Source: Alphaproteobacteria bacterium
GTDB lineage: Bacteria; Pseudomonadota; Alphaproteobacteria; Acetobacterales; Acetobacteraceae
Assembly: GCA_026225015.1 (NCBI GenBank)
Contig: JAMFRY010000062.1
Coordinates: forward strand, 1-56,728
Reading direction: 5' to 3'
DNA length: 56,728 nucleotides
Positions within the stretch are counted from its first letter, which is position 1; every line of letters starts with the position of its first letter. This document shows positions 20,368 to 29,903 of the stretch, in pieces. The position numbers and the translations under genes are program-made. Below the pieces are notes generated by a model that was not told where the DNA came from, searched no databases, and worked only from the letters and a program-made list of their open reading frames with translations.

Positions 20368-21417
20368 ATGCCTTCCGCCGCTCGCACAGCCAAGCTTCTA
20401 CTGGCGATCATCATTTTGTCTCTGGGAACATACGAAATCTTTTTCACTCTGTACCGCATCATGATCTTCCAGACTGTACCGCGAGATGATTATGCGCCTT
20501 ATCTGCTCTGGCTGGTACATGCGTCCGGCGGCCAGTTGCCGGGGTCGCCTTATATCTACCGGTTCCTAAGCGTTGCGCTCGCATGGCCGCTTTATCATCT
20601 TCTGCCTGCGGTTCCCCTGACGAATATTCCCGTAAACATTCCTCACGATTACGAGCGCGCCACAGGAGCGATGGCCCTTCTCTCCGATCTCAGCGCGATC
20701 GTCGCAGTGGTGTTGTGTTTTGACTTCGCCCGAAGGCTCGGCGAATCGGCGCTCGTAGGAATTTTGAGCGGCGTTTTAGTCTATGCGGGCTGCTGGTTCA
20801 CGCAAATTGAAGGCATTGATCCCGTTACAATCCTTGGCATCATGATCGTTGCCATGCTGCTGCGGGCTCCAGACTGGTGTTGGATTGTGCTCATTCCGTT
20901 GATGTTCGTCAACGAGAAGATCGGGATCATCACCTTCCTATTTCTGGCTTTGCGCTGCGTCACCTCGAAGGCGGACTGCAAGCTCTTTTCTCGTAAGCTT
21001 GCCTGGGTTCTGTTGGCCCTTGCGGCGTATTGCGCAGTACTATTTCTTATCCGTGCACAGGGGAACTCCTATCAAGTGACCCCTTCCGGCTATGCCGGCC
21101 ATATATTGGCCAATATGAGGACGAATTTTTCGACCCGCGGACTGCTGCTAAGCTGGGGGCCTTGCGGTCTTTTTATCCTACTTGCGTTGCTGAGCGAACA
21201 TAACAGCACCTTGAACCTCTTCAGCCCGCGTGATGTTCTGCTCATACCGGCGCTTATGCTTGTTGGGCTTGTCCTGACAACCGATTTCCAGCTGGGGCGG
21301 ATCGTGATGATGTCGATGCCTCTGTTTGCAATACCTGGGGCAGTCCGGATCGCGCGGTTGCTGGACCCGCCGCTCCAGCCACCAAACTCCGGACAAAAAG
21401 TTTCGCCCATAGCCTGA
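20368..21417 (+). CDS. Hypothetical polytopic membrane protein (possible GT-C-like fold)
   Basis: 349 aa, about 9-10 hydrophobic segments, RDDY/PYIYR loop after TM1, NEK motif; lower GC. Confidence 0.7.
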   Translation: MPSAARTAKLLLAIIILSLGTYEIFFTLYRIMIFQTVPRDDYAPYLLWLVHASGGQLPGSPYIYRFLSVALAWPLYHLLPAVPLTNIPVNIPHDYERATGAMALLSDLSAIVAVVLCFDFARRLGESALVGILSGVLVYAGCWFTQIEGIDPVTILGIMIVAMLLRAPDWCWIVLIPLMFVNEKIGIITFLFLALRCVTSKADCKLFSRKLAWVLLALAAYCAVLFLIRAQGNSYQVTPSGYAGHILANMRTNFSTRGLLLSWGPCGLFILLALLSEHNSTLNLFSPRDVLLIPALMLVGLVLTTDFQLGRIVMMSMPLFAIPGAVRIARLLDPPLQPPNSGQKVSPIA

Positions 21418-21439
21418 GACGCTTACCGAGCAGGATGTC

Positions 21440-21700
21440 CATCAAACCGAGCAAAGCGGTGCAGGATCACGCAACGCTGAAAACACTGGTTCATTTGTGG
21501 GCGCGGCACCCTGCCCAACGCTTTTCGATTTCAGCCTCTGAAATGGCCGTCGCGGTACCGGAGAACGCGGGTCTATATATTCCAGACCAAGCCCCCTTGG
21601 CGACCACCTTTCCTCCGCCGCAACCAAAATCCAGCAGCTTCGCCGGCGGCGGGAAGCGGGATGCAGCGAGGTTCAGAATAAAGTCATAGTTGCGCGACAT
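21440..21700 (-). pseudogene. Class I SAM-dependent methyltransferase remnant
   Basis: MSRNYDFIL..KLLDFGCGGGKVV motif I, then similarity ends and the frame closes. Confidence 0.65.
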
Positions 21701-21719
21701 CTCTTCAGGTTTTGGTCGT

Positions 21720-22064
21720 TCAGGTTTTTGCTGGCAGCATCAGCTCCGGCACGCGGCCCTGGTTTTCGATATGTTTGTCGATCACCCTGTCCACGGCGGC
21801 GCGCGAGTCCAGGCGATACCAAACGCCTTCCGGGTAGATCACCGCGCAGGGGCCAAGCTCGCAGCGGTCCAGGCAGGCAGCGGCGTTGATGCGGATATTG
21901 GGGATCTTCTCCTCCTTGGCGCGGACTTTCATATAATCCTTGAGCTTCTCCGAACCCTTGGAGGCGCAGCAGCCGCGCTCATGGCCCTCCGGCCGGCGGT
22001 TGGTGCAGATGAATACATGCGTCTCGTAGAAAAGCGGCGGGTCGTTCGGCTGGCGGCTGCCCAT
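21720..22064 (-). CDS. Thioredoxin-like [2Fe-2S] ferredoxin
   Basis: HVFICTNRR..GCC..ACLDRCELGP..IYPEGVWY. Confidence 0.92.
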   Translation of the reverse strand: MGSRQPNDPPLFYETHVFICTNRRPEGHERGCCASKGSEKLKDYMKVRAKEEKIPNIRINAAACLDRCELGPCAVIYPEGVWYRLDSRAAVDRVIDKHIENQGRVPELMLPAKT

Positions 22065-22153
22065 TCTGTTACTCCTGCTGGTTCAGGTGTATGTAAAGGG
22101 GTGGACGTGCGAGGGAAAGGTTAGGGTCTGATGAATGCGGCGGGAGCAAAATC

Positions 22154-22648
22154 ATGATCGGACGTAGAAAGGCGATGCTGCTGGGCTCGGCGGCTGCCAT
22201 GGCGGCAATCGGAGCGCGGGCGCTGCATCAGGCAAAACCCGCTTACGGGGCGGAGCATAACTTTGAAGTCACGCATAGCGATGCGGAGTGGCAGAAGATT
22301 CTCTCGCAGGCGCAGTACAATATTCTGCGCGAGCAAGGCACGGAGCCGCCCTTCAGCTCGGCTTTGCTGAACGAGCATCGCAAGGGCAGCTTCACCTGCG
22401 CCGGCTGTGCGCTGCCGCTCTTCTCCTCAGCGACGAAATTCGACAGCGGCACCGGCTGGCCGAGTTTCTGGCAACCCTTGCCGAATGCGGTGCAAACAAC
22501 GGAGGATGATTCGCTTGGAATGCAGCGGACCGAAGTGCATTGCCGGCGCTGCGGCGGCCATCTGGGCCATGTGTTCCCAGACGGCCCGCCGCCAACCGGG
22601 CTGCGCTATTGCATGGACGGCCTAGCACTGATTTTTGCTCCAGCGTAA
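22154..22648 (+). CDS. msrB: Peptide methionine-(R)-sulfoxide reductase, Tat-exported
   Basis: GRRKAML Tat-like signal, GTEPPF, KFDSGTGWPSF, GHLGHVFPDGP..RYC. Confidence 0.95.
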   Translation: MIGRRKAMLLGSAAAMAAIGARALHQAKPAYGAEHNFEVTHSDAEWQKILSQAQYNILREQGTEPPFSSALLNEHRKGSFTCAGCALPLFSSATKFDSGTGWPSFWQPLPNAVQTTEDDSLGMQRTEVHCRRCGGHLGHVFPDGPPPTGLRYCMDGLALIFAPA

Positions 22649-22661
22649 AGGCGCGTTCATC

Positions 22662-23171
22662 ATGACAGAGACCGTCAACAGCCGGATGAGCGCAGAAATC
22701 AGCAGCGGGTTCGTGCTGTTTTTGATCGGCATGCGGATCAATCGGCCCTGGAAACTGGCAAGCTGGGTGCCGGTGCTGCTGGCGATGCCAAAAATGCTGC
22801 GCGAGCTTGCAGCCCGGCCTGAGCTCGGCTTGTTGCACTACCGGCTGCAACTTGGCTTTCCGAATATCATGGTCGTGCAATACTGGAAAAATTTTACCCA
22901 GCTGAACGAATATGCCTCGGCGCGGGAGGGTGCGCATCTGCCGGCCTGGGTTGCGTTCAACAAAGCCGTTGGCACCAGCGGCGATGTCGGAATCTGGCAT
23001 GAAACCTATTTGGCTGCGCCGGGAACATACGAGGCAATCTATGTGAACATGCCGCCCTACGGGATTGGGGCCGCCGGCGAACGATTCGAAGCGAAGGCCG
23101 AGCGCGCGACTGCGGCGAAGCGCATGCAGCAAAGGCGGCCGGCCGAGGCGCACGATGACAAGCGCGCCTAA
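22662..23171 (+). CDS. DUF4188 (Af470-like monooxygenase family) protein
   Basis: VLFLIGMRINRPW, VQYW, HLPAW, VGIWHETY, YEAIYVNMPPYG. Confidence 0.82.
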   Translation: MTETVNSRMSAEISSGFVLFLIGMRINRPWKLASWVPVLLAMPKMLRELAARPELGLLHYRLQLGFPNIMVVQYWKNFTQLNEYASAREGAHLPAWVAFNKAVGTSGDVGIWHETYLAAPGTYEAIYVNMPPYGIGAAGERFEAKAERATAAKRMQQRRPAEAHDDKRA

Positions 23172-23213
23172 AGATGCAACTCTGCCGGTATCAACCAGGA
23201 TTGAGGGGAAAAC

Positions 23214-23759
23214 ATGACACAGAAAGTTTATGATATTCCGGTGAACACCATCGACGGCGCACCGGCCACCCTTGGCGCCTATAAGGGCAAGGTATTGCTG
23301 GTGGTGAACGTGGCCTCGAAATGCGGGCTGACGCCGCAATATGAGGGCCTGCAAAAACTCTATTCCGAGAAGCATGATCAGGGGCTGGAAGTGCTCGGCT
23401 TCCCGGCCAATAATTTCCGCGGCCAGGAGCCCGGGACCGAGGCGGAGATCAAGGAATTCTGCGCCACCAAATACGACGTGACCTTTCCGCTGTTCGAAAA
23501 AATCTCGGTGGTGGGGGAGGACAAACATCCGCTCTACCAAGCCCTCACGGAAGCGGCGCCGGAAGCGGCAGGCGGGGATGGCTTTCGCACGAATTTGAAA
23601 GGCTATGGGATTGATCCGAACCCGTTGCCGGAAGTGCTGTGGAATTTCGAGAAATTTCTCATCGGCCGCGATGGCGCGGTGATCGGCAGGTTCACGCCGG
23701 ACACCAAGGCAGATGATCCTACCTTGGTTTCAGCCGTGGATGCGGCGCTGGCAAGCTGA
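23214..23759 (+). CDS. Glutathione peroxidase family (Cys type, BtuE-like)
   Basis: NVASKCGLTPQY, LGFPANNF.GQEPG, WNFEKFLI. Confidence 0.95.
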   Translation: MTQKVYDIPVNTIDGAPATLGAYKGKVLLVVNVASKCGLTPQYEGLQKLYSEKHDQGLEVLGFPANNFRGQEPGTEAEIKEFCATKYDVTFPLFEKISVVGEDKHPLYQALTEAAPEAAGGDGFRTNLKGYGIDPNPLPEVLWNFEKFLIGRDGAVIGRFTPDTKADDPTLVSAVDAALAS

Positions 23760-23794
23760 GGGCAATACGATGGGCCGAGCGCAGGCGAGGCCCA

Positions 23795-24325
23795 TCAATC
23801 CCGCGGCCCCAACCTATCACGCTCTTCAAGCCACTCCGGCCCGGTCCTCTCGAGAACTGGAAAAAGCTGCCGCGCCTGCGTCTCGCGCGCCAGCAGCGCG
23901 CGAATTTGCTCAGCGGGATACAGCAATCCCCCCGGTTCACCAGGCAGTTCGAGCAACGCGCGCGAAATATGGATAAAATCGTTGAAGGCAATAAAATTCG
24001 CCTTTGCCGGCTGCACCTTTGTCTGAGGCGACTCCGCCGGCGCGATCTCGACATATTTGAAGCCTGCCCGGTTGCCCCTGGCCCAGCAGCGCCGAACGAA
24101 TTGCGTGGCCAAATCGCTGAACCTGATCAGCACCTCTTCCGGCAGCGCTTGCGCCTGCGCCTGCGCCAGCTCCAACTGCAACCCGCCTTCGGATTCGTCG
24201 AGAATGGTGCAGCCGACACCATCCTTTCCACCCAGCATCAACTCGGCCGCCCGGTAAACCGAGCGCCTTTTATGCCGCCTTCGTTCGTCATGCGGTTCGG
24301 CGAGCGCAGCTTGAGACACAGACAT
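23795..24325 (-). CDS. PilZ-domain (c-di-GMP-binding) protein
   Basis: ERRRHKR RxxxR and ILDESEGGLQL DxSxxG motifs, RCWARGNRAGFKY. Confidence 0.75.
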   Translation of the reverse strand: MSVSQAALAEPHDERRRHKRRSVYRAAELMLGGKDGVGCTILDESEGGLQLELAQAQAQALPEEVLIRFSDLATQFVRRCWARGNRAGFKYVEIAPAESPQTKVQPAKANFIAFNDFIHISRALLELPGEPGGLLYPAEQIRALLARETQARQLFPVLERTGPEWLEERDRLGPRD

Positions 24326-24427
24326 CGGACAATACCCTCATCACAGCGGTATTGGCCGACCTTGCTGCGGATTAGTTAACACTCTCCAAAGATTCCGGGT
24401 TTGAAACGCGGATTAAACACTTCACTC

Positions 24428-24590
24428 CAGTGGGACACATCATTGAAAATGCAGTGTCCCACCAGAGTCATATTTAGCGCCCGCCCCCTCCAGTGCCCTC
24501 CGGGGCCATTCCACCGACGCTCCGCGCCGGCGGAACCTTCGGCCCCTCCGCCCGCGCGCAGTACCCAGCGTCATGAATGACGCAGGGTCC
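24428..24590 (-). repeat. Repeat family D (MITE-like), copy 1
   Basis: Reverse complement aligns with 47223-47333 in two blocks; internal inverted repeat GTGGGACAC/GTGTCCCAC. Confidence 0.8.
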
Positions 24591-24602
24591 CACGCGCAAA
24601 AC

Positions 24603-25229
24603 CTAAGCGCCAGGCGCAAACCCCTTCGAGCGTTCTTTCCAACCGTTAAAGCGCGCCGCCAGCCGCTTGCGCAGGCCGCCGATCTTCGCCACATCGGCCA
24701 GCCGGCGATCCAGAAAAGCCAGGCTTGCCTGGTCGTCCTCGGATGTGTCGCGCAGCCAGTACAGCAAGGTCGCGCTGTAAACCCCGGCCAGAATACCGCG
24801 CTTGGTGTACCAGGAAAAATCCGCGGAGGTATCGCCGGCTGCGTGCCAGATCGTATCCACGGTCGCTGCGGTGATGCGCGCCGCCCGCGACGCGTTGAAG
24901 GGTATCGCCGCCCAGGCCAAAGCCCGGCGGATCGCTTCCTTATCGGCGCGGCTCTGCGCCAGCCGGATAACAATAATGGCGCGAATCCGTTCCGGCACCC
25001 GAAGCCCGGCCAACTCCCCCCGCGCCGCCTCTGCCATCCGCTCATCCGCCAGGGCGCAATAGGCTTCGATCATCTCAGCCGAGCCGTTCGGAAACAGCAG
25101 CTTTGCATCGTCCGGATGCTCGCCGATGGCAAGCATCGCCTGGCGCAGCGCCTTGATGGTCCAGCCATCGAAGGGCACCTGCAAAACCAGCGAATCGATC
25201 ACTGCGTCGCGTTGCGGATCAGCGCTCAC
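24603..25229 (-). CDS. COQ9 family protein (rpsU-divergently transcribed)
   Basis: VPFDGW, DTIWHAAGDTSADFSWYTKR..L.GVY, FLDRRL. Confidence 0.9.
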   Translation of the reverse strand: MSADPQRDAVIDSLVLQVPFDGWTIKALRQAMLAIGEHPDDAKLLFPNGSAEMIEAYCALADERMAEAARGELAGLRVPERIRAIIVIRLAQSRADKEAIRRALAWAAIPFNASRAARITAATVDTIWHAAGDTSADFSWYTKRGILAGVYSATLLYWLRDTSEDDQASLAFLDRRLADVAKIGGLRKRLAARFNGWKERSKGFAPGA

Positions 25230-25783
25230 AGCCTGGCCTCCGGCGCCGTCGTTTCAGGTTCCGGCAGCGCCCGCGAATAGCGCGCCACCTCCTCGTCGAA
25301 GCCAAAATAGCGGAAATCGGACATGCGCATCGGATACAGCACCCCGTTCAAATGGTCGAACTCATGCTGCACCACGCGGGCATGAAAGCCGGAAACGGTT
25401 CTGCTGATGGCCGCCCCCGTTGCATCAACATAATCCAGTTGAATCCGCTTATGGCGCGGCACCGCCGCCCGCAGGCCGGGGATGGAAAGGCAGCCCTCCC
25501 AGCCCAATTCCAACGCATCACCCAGCGGCCTAATGACCGGGTTGATCACGGTCGTCAGCTTCACCTCATCGCCATCCGCCCGGCTTGCCGGAACGAGGTA
25601 AAGGAACAGCCGCGTTGAGGTAAAAACCTGCGGCGCCGCCAGGCCCACCCCGCCGGCATCCTCCAGCGTCTCCGCCATGTCACGGATCAGCCGCGCAATA
25701 TCGGGCGCCGTGGGATCCGCCACCTCCGCCGCCCGTTCGAGTAACACCGGATGCCCCATGCGGGCGATTTTCAGAACTGCCAT
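25226..25783 (-). CDS. def: Peptide deformylase
   Basis: GVGLAAPQ, EGCLSIPG, QHEFDHLNG. Confidence 0.95.
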   Translation of the reverse strand: MAVLKIARMGHPVLLERAAEVADPTAPDIARLIRDMAETLEDAGGVGLAAPQVFTSTRLFLYLVPASRADGDEVKLTTVINPVIRPLGDALELGWEGCLSIPGLRAAVPRHKRIQLDYVDATGAAISRTVSGFHARVVQHEFDHLNGVLYPMRMSDFRYFGFDEEVARYSRALPEPETTAPEARL

Positions 25784-26001
25784 GACGCCAGTACGCTACC
25801 GCAAAACGATGCTGGCGGGAACGCGAAAACAACAGCACTGGCGCGCCAATCCCTGCAAGCCCATCACCCCGGCCGCTCGTAAATCCCGATTTGTCATCTC
25901 ATAAACTCTGTGCTACCCAACGGGCAAGACGTGCGCTGCCGATCCGGCGGCGCCGTATTTTTGTTTTAAATCAATGTCCTATCACAGGAGTTGTCGGCCC
26001 A

Positions 26002-26205
26002 GTGCAAGTTCTTGTTCGTGATAATAACGTCGATCAGGCGCTGAAAGCGCTCAAAAAGAAGCTCCAGCGCGAAGGCGTGTTCCGCGAAATGAAACTTCGC
26101 CGCCACTACGAAAAACCCTCCGAGCGCCGCGCCCGCGAAGCCGCCGAGGCAGTTCGCCGCGCCCGCAAGATGGAGCGCAAGCGGATCGAGCGCGAAGGCT
26201 TCTAA
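26002..26205 (+). CDS. rpsU: 30S ribosomal protein S21
   Basis: GTG start after AGGAG; [30 protein letters not shown]. Confidence 0.96.
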   Translation: MQVLVRDNNVDQALKALKKKLQREGVFREMKLRRHYEKPSERRAREAAEAVRRARKMERKRIEREGF

Positions 26206-26464
26206 ATTTCTGCGCCGGCGCCGCTGCAGGTCATGCGGTAGCAGCACTCCGGCCGCGACCACTATTTAAATACGATTTCGAGGCGCAAATTAACCGGTCG
26301 GCAAGATTATAAAACTAACACGGTTTGCGTGCCTCTGTCCGTCTCCGAAACACCGGACACTGCTCAGTTTTTGTAAAATAGCACCTGTCCGCCTCGCCTA
26401 AAAGCGCGTAAGCCTGCGCTCGACTTTCGGGGCAAAAAGTTTTTCTAGTGGAGACGCTTAACCG

Positions 26465-27352
26465 GTGATCAGGTTATCGATCCCGTTCCGGCAGGCACTA
26501 TCCCGGCTAACGCTGCCGGTGATGCTGATGCTGTCTCTGGGCATCGTTCTCTTCGGCCGCGCCGATGAGAATGTAGGCGATCACCTGCGCACCGGGTTGG
26601 ACGACGTGCTGGCCCCCCTTTATGCCACCGTTTCGGTCCCAGTTGAGGCGCTGGAACACGGTACCGGCGCCATCGGCAACCTGTTCGACCTAGCCAGCCA
26701 GAACGCGCAGTTGCGGGCGGAAAACGCCAGGCTGCTGCAATGGCAGGCGGTGGCCATGGCCCTGCAAGCGCAGAACGACGCGCTTAAATCCACGCTCAAT
26801 TTCGTGCCCAGCCCAACGCCGGAATTCTTCACCGCCCCGGTTGTCGCCGATCTGGGCGGTGTCTATGCCCGCTCGGTCCTGGTCTCCACCTCGTCCGGCG
26901 AGGCGATCAAACCGGCGCGGCTCATCGGCGGGGTCGCCATGGATGGACGCGGCATCGTCGGCAGGGTGGTGGCGGCCGGCGACCAAAGCGCCCGGATTCT
27001 GCTCATTACCGACCTGAACAGCCGGGTGCCCGTCAGCCTCGGCTCGCACGGCGCCCCGGCCTTGATGACCGGCACCAACGGGCCCAACCCGCGACTGCTC
27101 TACTGGTCGCCGGACCAACCGCCGGCGGAAGGCGACATGGTACTCTCCAGCGCCTTCGGCGGCGCCTTTCCAGCCGGACTGCCGATCGGCGTCGTGCATT
27201 ACGATGCCCAGAACCGGCCGGAAGTGTTGCCGCTGGCCGGTCTGGACCGTTTGCGGCTGCTGCGGGTGTTCATCTACCCCAACAGCCAACCAGAACTCAC
27301 GCCGATCCTCAAAACCGGGAAACCGGCCGGCAAAGCACCCAGGAATCCTTGA
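26465..27352 (+). CDS. mreC: Rod shape-determining protein MreC
   Basis: TM plus coiled coil (ENARLLQWQ), ILLITDLNSRVPV, GGAFPAGLPIG. Confidence 0.92.
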   Translation: MIRLSIPFRQALSRLTLPVMLMLSLGIVLFGRADENVGDHLRTGLDDVLAPLYATVSVPVEALEHGTGAIGNLFDLASQNAQLRAENARLLQWQAVAMALQAQNDALKSTLNFVPSPTPEFFTAPVVADLGGVYARSVLVSTSSGEAIKPARLIGGVAMDGRGIVGRVVAAGDQSARILLITDLNSRVPVSLGSHGAPALMTGTNGPNPRLLYWSPDQPPAEGDMVLSSAFGGAFPAGLPIGVVHYDAQNRPEVLPLAGLDRLRLLRVFIYPNSQPELTPILKTGKPAGKAPRNP

Positions 27353-27389
27353 AAATGGGTATTCCTTGAAGATGGGGATCGTTTAGCAG

Positions 27390-27935
27390 ATGGCGGGGCG
27401 TTCCGCCTTGCGGCGAGGTCCAGGCGTTTGGCGGCGGTTGGACGCTGCCTCCCGCCATGCCTGGCCGGCCTTCTGCACCCTGTTCGGCTTGTTCCTCATC
27501 GGCCTGCCGGTCGGCCTGCCCGGCCAGGCCGAACTGCGCCCGGCCTACGCCATGGCCTGCGTGTTCTTCTGGTCACTGTACCGCCCCACCTCGTTCCCCG
27601 CGCCGGTGGTCGCCGTTACCGGATTGCTGCTCGACCTGCTCAACCTTTCCCAGCTCGGTATTTGGGCGGTGCTTCTCCTTTTGCTGCAAGGCGCCACCCT
27701 GGCAGCCCGCCGGCGGCTGGCGCCAAGCGGCTTTTTTCTGAACTGGGCGGCCTTCACCGGTTTGGCGACGTTGCTTTCGGCCCTATTCTGGGCGGCACAA
27801 TCCTTGCTCACCCTTACATTGCTTTCGCTGGTCCCGCTTGCCGTACAAATCCTTACCTGCGCTGGCATCTATCCGGCGATGGCGGCCTTGTTCATCCGGG
27901 CGCATCGCGGCGCAGCCGCGTCAGAGCTTGCGTAG
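27390..27935 (+). CDS. mreD: Rod shape-determining protein MreD
   Basis: Hydrophobic, VFFWSLYRP, GLLLDLL; between mreC and mrdA. Confidence 0.88.
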   Translation: MAGRSALRRGPGVWRRLDAASRHAWPAFCTLFGLFLIGLPVGLPGQAELRPAYAMACVFFWSLYRPTSFPAPVVAVTGLLLDLLNLSQLGIWAVLLLLLQGATLAARRRLAPSGFFLNWAAFTGLATLLSALFWAAQSLLTLTLLSLVPLAVQILTCAGIYPAMAALFIRAHRGAAASELA

Positions 27936-27944
27936 CTCCGGCCG

Positions 27945-29903
27945 ATGAAACGCGAGATTCAGGGCCGCGCCGCCTTCAGCCGCCGCGCCTTGTTGATCGG
28001 CGCCGGCCAGCTCGGCATTTTCGCTGCCATTGGCGCCAGGCTCTACAACCTGCAGGTCGTGCAGCACGGCAAATACGCCACGCTGGCCAAAGCCAACAGC
28101 ATCAGTGAACGCCTGATCGCCCCCCAACGCGGGGTCATCACCGACCGTTTCGGCGCCGTTCTGGCCGGCAACCAGCAGCATTGGCGGGCTTTGTTCATGA
28201 AGGCGCAATGCCCGGACGCGACGGCGGTGCTCGATAATTTCAGCCAACTGGTCGCGCTCTCCGATGACGAGCGCGCCCGCATCGCCGCCGATCTCGCCGA
28301 CCGCCCGGAATACATCCCCGTCATGTTGAAAGATTATCTGGACTGGCCGGACATGGCCGCCATCGAAGTCAACACCCCCAACCTGCCGGGCGTGATCATC
28401 GAGGTCGGCACCAGCCGCGTTTATCCATTCGGTCCGGGGCTAGCCCATGCCGTCGGCTATGTCGGCCGCCCGAACAAGGTGGAAGCCAAGTCCGACAGCG
28501 TGCTTGCTTTGCCCGGCATGCGCATCGGCCGCACCGGCGCCGAAGCCTGGCAGGACCAGCCCTTGCGCGGCGCCCCCGGCTTCGTCCAAACCGAAACCAA
28601 CGTGCATGGCGAGGTGGTGCGCGAAGTCGCCTCCGATCCCGGCATTGCCGGCCAGACCGTGGCGCTTTCCCTCGATGCCGGCCTGCAAGCCCTCGCCTTG
28701 CAGCGGCTCGGCGCCCAGCCCGGCGTCGCCGTGGTATTGGACGCGCAGAGCGGCGAGATTCTGGCCATGGCGAACAACCCCTCCTTCGACCCGGCTTTGT
28801 TCGACAAAGGCGTGCCCGCCGATACCTGGAAAGACTGGATGGGCGATCCCTTGCACCCGCTGCAAAACCGCGCCATCGCCGGCTTGTACGCGCCCGGCTC
28901 GACATTCAAGCCCACGGTCGCCCTGGCCGCGCTGAAAAGCGGCGCGCTCACCGCCGATAGCTGCCTTACCTGCACCGGCTCCTTCACCCTCGGCGACCAT
29001 ATCTTTTGGTGCGACAACCACACCGCCCACGGCACCATCAACCTCACCACGGCCTTGCAGATCAGCTGCGACGTGTTTTTCTATCAGGTTGCGCTTGCCG
29101 TCGGCATCAACAACATCGCCGCCATGGCAAATCAGCTCGGCATCGGCCTCGATCTGCAGATGGACATCCCCCATGCTTCTCCGGGTCTTGTCCCCACGCT
29201 CGATTGGGCCCGCGCGCGCGGCATCCGTTGGGCGCCGGGCAATACCGTGGTGCAGGGCATCGGTCAGGGCTATAATCAGGTGACCCCCATCGCGCTGGCC
29301 ACCATGATCGCCCGAATCGCCAGCGGCATTGCCATTGGCCCGCATATCACGCGGCGCGTCGGCGGCGCACTGCAGGTCGGCGCCAACGCCACCGACTGGC
29401 CGGCGCTGGACGTTGATGACCGCCACCTCGCTCTGGTCCGCCAGGGCCTGTTCGAGGTGGTCAACACGCCGCAGGGCACCGCCTATGCCGCCAGGCTGAT
29501 GCTCCCTGGCGCGCAGATGGCCGGCAAAACCGGCACCGCCCAGGTGCATAACGACACCGCCGCCGAGAAGACAAAAAATTACAATGCCGACCGCATGGCC
29601 TGGGTTGACCGTCCCAACGGCCTGTTTATCGGCTTCGCGCCGTACGACAATCCGCGCTACGCCACCGCCGTGATCGTCGAACATGGCAATTGGGGCGCGC
29701 AATCCGCCGCCCCCATCGCCCGCGACCTGCTGACCTACGCCATCACCAACGACCCCGCCGGCCGCGACAAGCCGATTGCCGGCGCGGCGCTCTCCGCCGC
29801 CGTCATGCCGCCCCCAGGCCCGGCTTTTGCGCCCAGCGCCGACGCCAACGCCGCGTCGCCGCCCGCGCTGGCCAGCATCTCTTCCGGATCCACCGTGCAA
29901 TGA
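27945..29903 (+). CDS. mrdA: Penicillin-binding protein 2
   Basis: PQRGVITDR, YAPGSTFK SxxK, SCDVFFY, AGKTGTAQ. Confidence 0.95.
   Translation: MKREIQGRAAFSRRALLIGAGQLGIFAAIGARLYNLQVVQHGKYATLAKANSISERLIAPQRGVITDRFGAVLAGNQQHWRALFMKAQCPDATAVLDNFSQLVALSDDERARIAADLADRPEYIPVMLKDYLDWPDMAAIEVNTPNLPGVIIEVGTSRVYPFGPGLAHAVGYVGRPNKVEAKSDSVLALPGMRIGRTGAEAWQDQPLRGAPGFVQTETNVHGEVVREVASDPGIAGQTVALSLDAGLQALALQRLGAQPGVAVVLDAQSGEILAMANNPSFDPALFDKGVPADTWKDWMGDPLHPLQNRAIAGLYAPGSTFKPTVALAALKSGALTADSCLTCTGSFTLGDHIFWCDNHTAHGTINLTTALQISCDVFFYQVALAVGINNIAAMANQLGIGLDLQMDIPHASPGLVPTLDWARARGIRWAPGNTVVQGIGQGYNQVTPIALATMIARIASGIAIGPHITRRVGGALQVGANATDWPALDVDDRHLALVRQGLFEVVNTPQGTAYAARLMLPGAQMAGKTGTAQVHNDTAAEKTKNYNADRMAWVDRPNGLFIGFAPYDNPRYATAVIVEHGNWGAQSAAPIARDLLTYAITNDPAGRDKPIAGAALSAAVMPPPGPAFAPSADANAASPPALASISSGSTVQ

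Noticed and set aside
22154-23759. Selenocysteine in MsrB or Gpx
   Set aside because: Catalytic positions are ordinary Cys codons; no in-frame TGA
24421-24600. 6S RNA, tmRNA, SRP or RNase P
   Set aside because: No diagnostic motifs; the region is explained by repeat family D
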